64,000 nt of DNA from assembly GCA_965113315.1 (NCBI GenBank), contig OZ220376.1; one strand, 5' to 3'. Each line of letters begins with the position of its first letter. Positions within the stretch are counted from its first letter, which is position 1. The DNA comes from Podarcis vaucheri. Its lineage: Eukaryota. The translations under genes and the position numbers were made by a program. Positions 62,251 through 64,000 of this stretch are shown here, piece by piece. The notes below the pieces were generated by a model. It had not been told where the DNA came from. It was given only the letters and a program-made list of their open reading frames with translations, and searched no databases.

Positions 62251-64000
62251 AGCTCAAGCCACAGAACTTGGTCATCATTAGGGGCCACAGTAAACAGGTG
62301 TGTAGCTCAGAGTTGCTTTAATGGACCTCCCAATGGGTTGTGGCAGTTTGGATTTATTTTACTCTGGTTTCAAAATACATCTGGCCATCCTTGGGCACAG
62401 TTTACACTTTGAAGAATATGCACGCTCTAGGTTGGTGGTTCTCAAAGGGTCTGACACGCTGTACTGGTATAGCAGGAGAGGATGGCAAGAGGCGGGAAGA
62501 TTCAAGGACAATAAGTATTATATTTTGGGAATGATTCATGTTCTTATGTAGCTGCATTATTTTATACTTTCTGGATGTCTCATGATCCTATTATATAGTA
62601 GTTGTGTTCTATGTTAAAAATCAAGCACTGCTAGGAGTTGTTTTTGTTTCCCAATGTATTTCTTATTAAATTAAAAATTGGTGTGGTGCTAGCAGATTTT
62701 TATTCTGAAAGTGTGGGCCAGTCTGCTCAAGGTAGCAGTCATGGGAAACAATAAACTCTTATTAAAATAGGTGACTTGGCCAAACACAGGTTAAATGAAA
62801 TGGAGTGAAGAAACACTCCTGCAAAACTCCCAGTACAGTTGTGCTTGTGAAACCTTTACTGGTCCTTCCTGAATCAAAGCTTGTATAATTAAGCAACAAA
62901 ACTGCTACTCCCCAAAGGACATTTGCAGTGATGCAAATCTGAAGTGTTTCTTTTCCGATGTCTCTGTACAAAGGTAGATTAAAGTAACTGACCTACATCA
63001 GAATTCATCGGGGGAACTTTTACAGTGTAAGTCCATTGAAATGATTGGCAATTGCTGTTCAGGAGAAGTTTGTGTAGATAGTTCCCCTCATTTGTATTTA
63101 CTTGGATCATAGTGTGCCCATTTCTCCAGGGCAAGAAATCCTTCAGAGACACTTAAGTTCATGAGCCTAGGTGGTATTTTCTCTTAGGTTTTTCTTAGTC
63201 ATACCTTTTATGAGGAAACACAGGAAAGGTAGAATTTCTCAAAATGGTCTTCCCTTCTTGGTCTGCTTTTGTTGAAAGGGGAAAAATCCATTCAGGAAAA
63301 AATCCCATAGCATAAACCTTAATTTTGATTCATGGTTGGCCATTGGGTATTAATTAATTTCAATATATTAAGTTTGCTGCAACAAACTAAACAAGCAATT
63401 TATATGAAGTCTACTTTTGTGCCGTTGTGCTTCTGATGATCACAGATTGCCCAAGTTTAGACTTGCACATTTATAGAAATAAAAAATACTTTCTTGGATT
63501 TGAATTGTAGTGCAGCGCAGCAGAGAACATTTTAAGCTTGGCTCTTGTTGCCTTCAAGAAGATTAGTTTTGAACATTTTATCTTAGCTTGCAGTTTGCTT
63601 CTAAAATCAACTTTCTGTAGCTGAAAGCATGCTGAAATATTTTGCCCAACAAAACCTGTGTGTCAGGATTATATCTCTCATGATAAGGGTATACTTGTTA
63701 TAGTACATCTGTGAAACTACCTTTATTTTGACTAGTGCTCATGCATCTCTAGTAATTTGCAGAACTGTCTTCTGGACACAATACCAGGTCTGGATGTGGT
63801 ACATGTGGATGCAGTGGGGTTGATCTCTTAACATCTGCTTAGTGAAAAATATTATCAGGGTAGGAGGGAGGAGTTTGCTGTTGGGTAGGAATGCCTGGAT
63901 CTGCAGCTGACTCTCAGTCTCTTAACTGGTTTGTGTTCTACAAATTTTGGAAACTACTTATTTTGTGATCTCAGGTTGACCAAGATGCCATCCTTGGAAC

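Overview
Vertebrate genomic DNA, almost certainly a squamate and probably a lacertid lizard: it carries young Sauria-type SINEs with (ACCTTT)n tails plus squamate-type L2/CR1 remnants and MITEs. The window covers the IQCH - C15orf61 - MAP2K5 gene block, all on the + strand: the last five coding exons of IQCH (14418-21894), the complete two-exon C15orf61 CDS (25353-26825), and MAP2K5 (MEK5) coding exons 1-7 (39837-58189), with the kinase-domain exons not seen in the window. Each listed exon boundary was checked by eye for GT-AG and frame continuity. Gene identities come from recalled similarity to the human proteins, not from a database search. Most ORFs in the supplied track are spurious. The rest of the window is TE debris, several candidate conserved non-coding elements, two CpG-island promoters and three N gaps. 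I found no convincing new protein-coding system. The most intriguing unexplained signal is a tandemly duplicated structured-RNA-like motif with differing hairpin sequences (35527-35685) inside an RTE-like non-autonomous retroelement. Repeat family names and most repeat boundaries are approximate.
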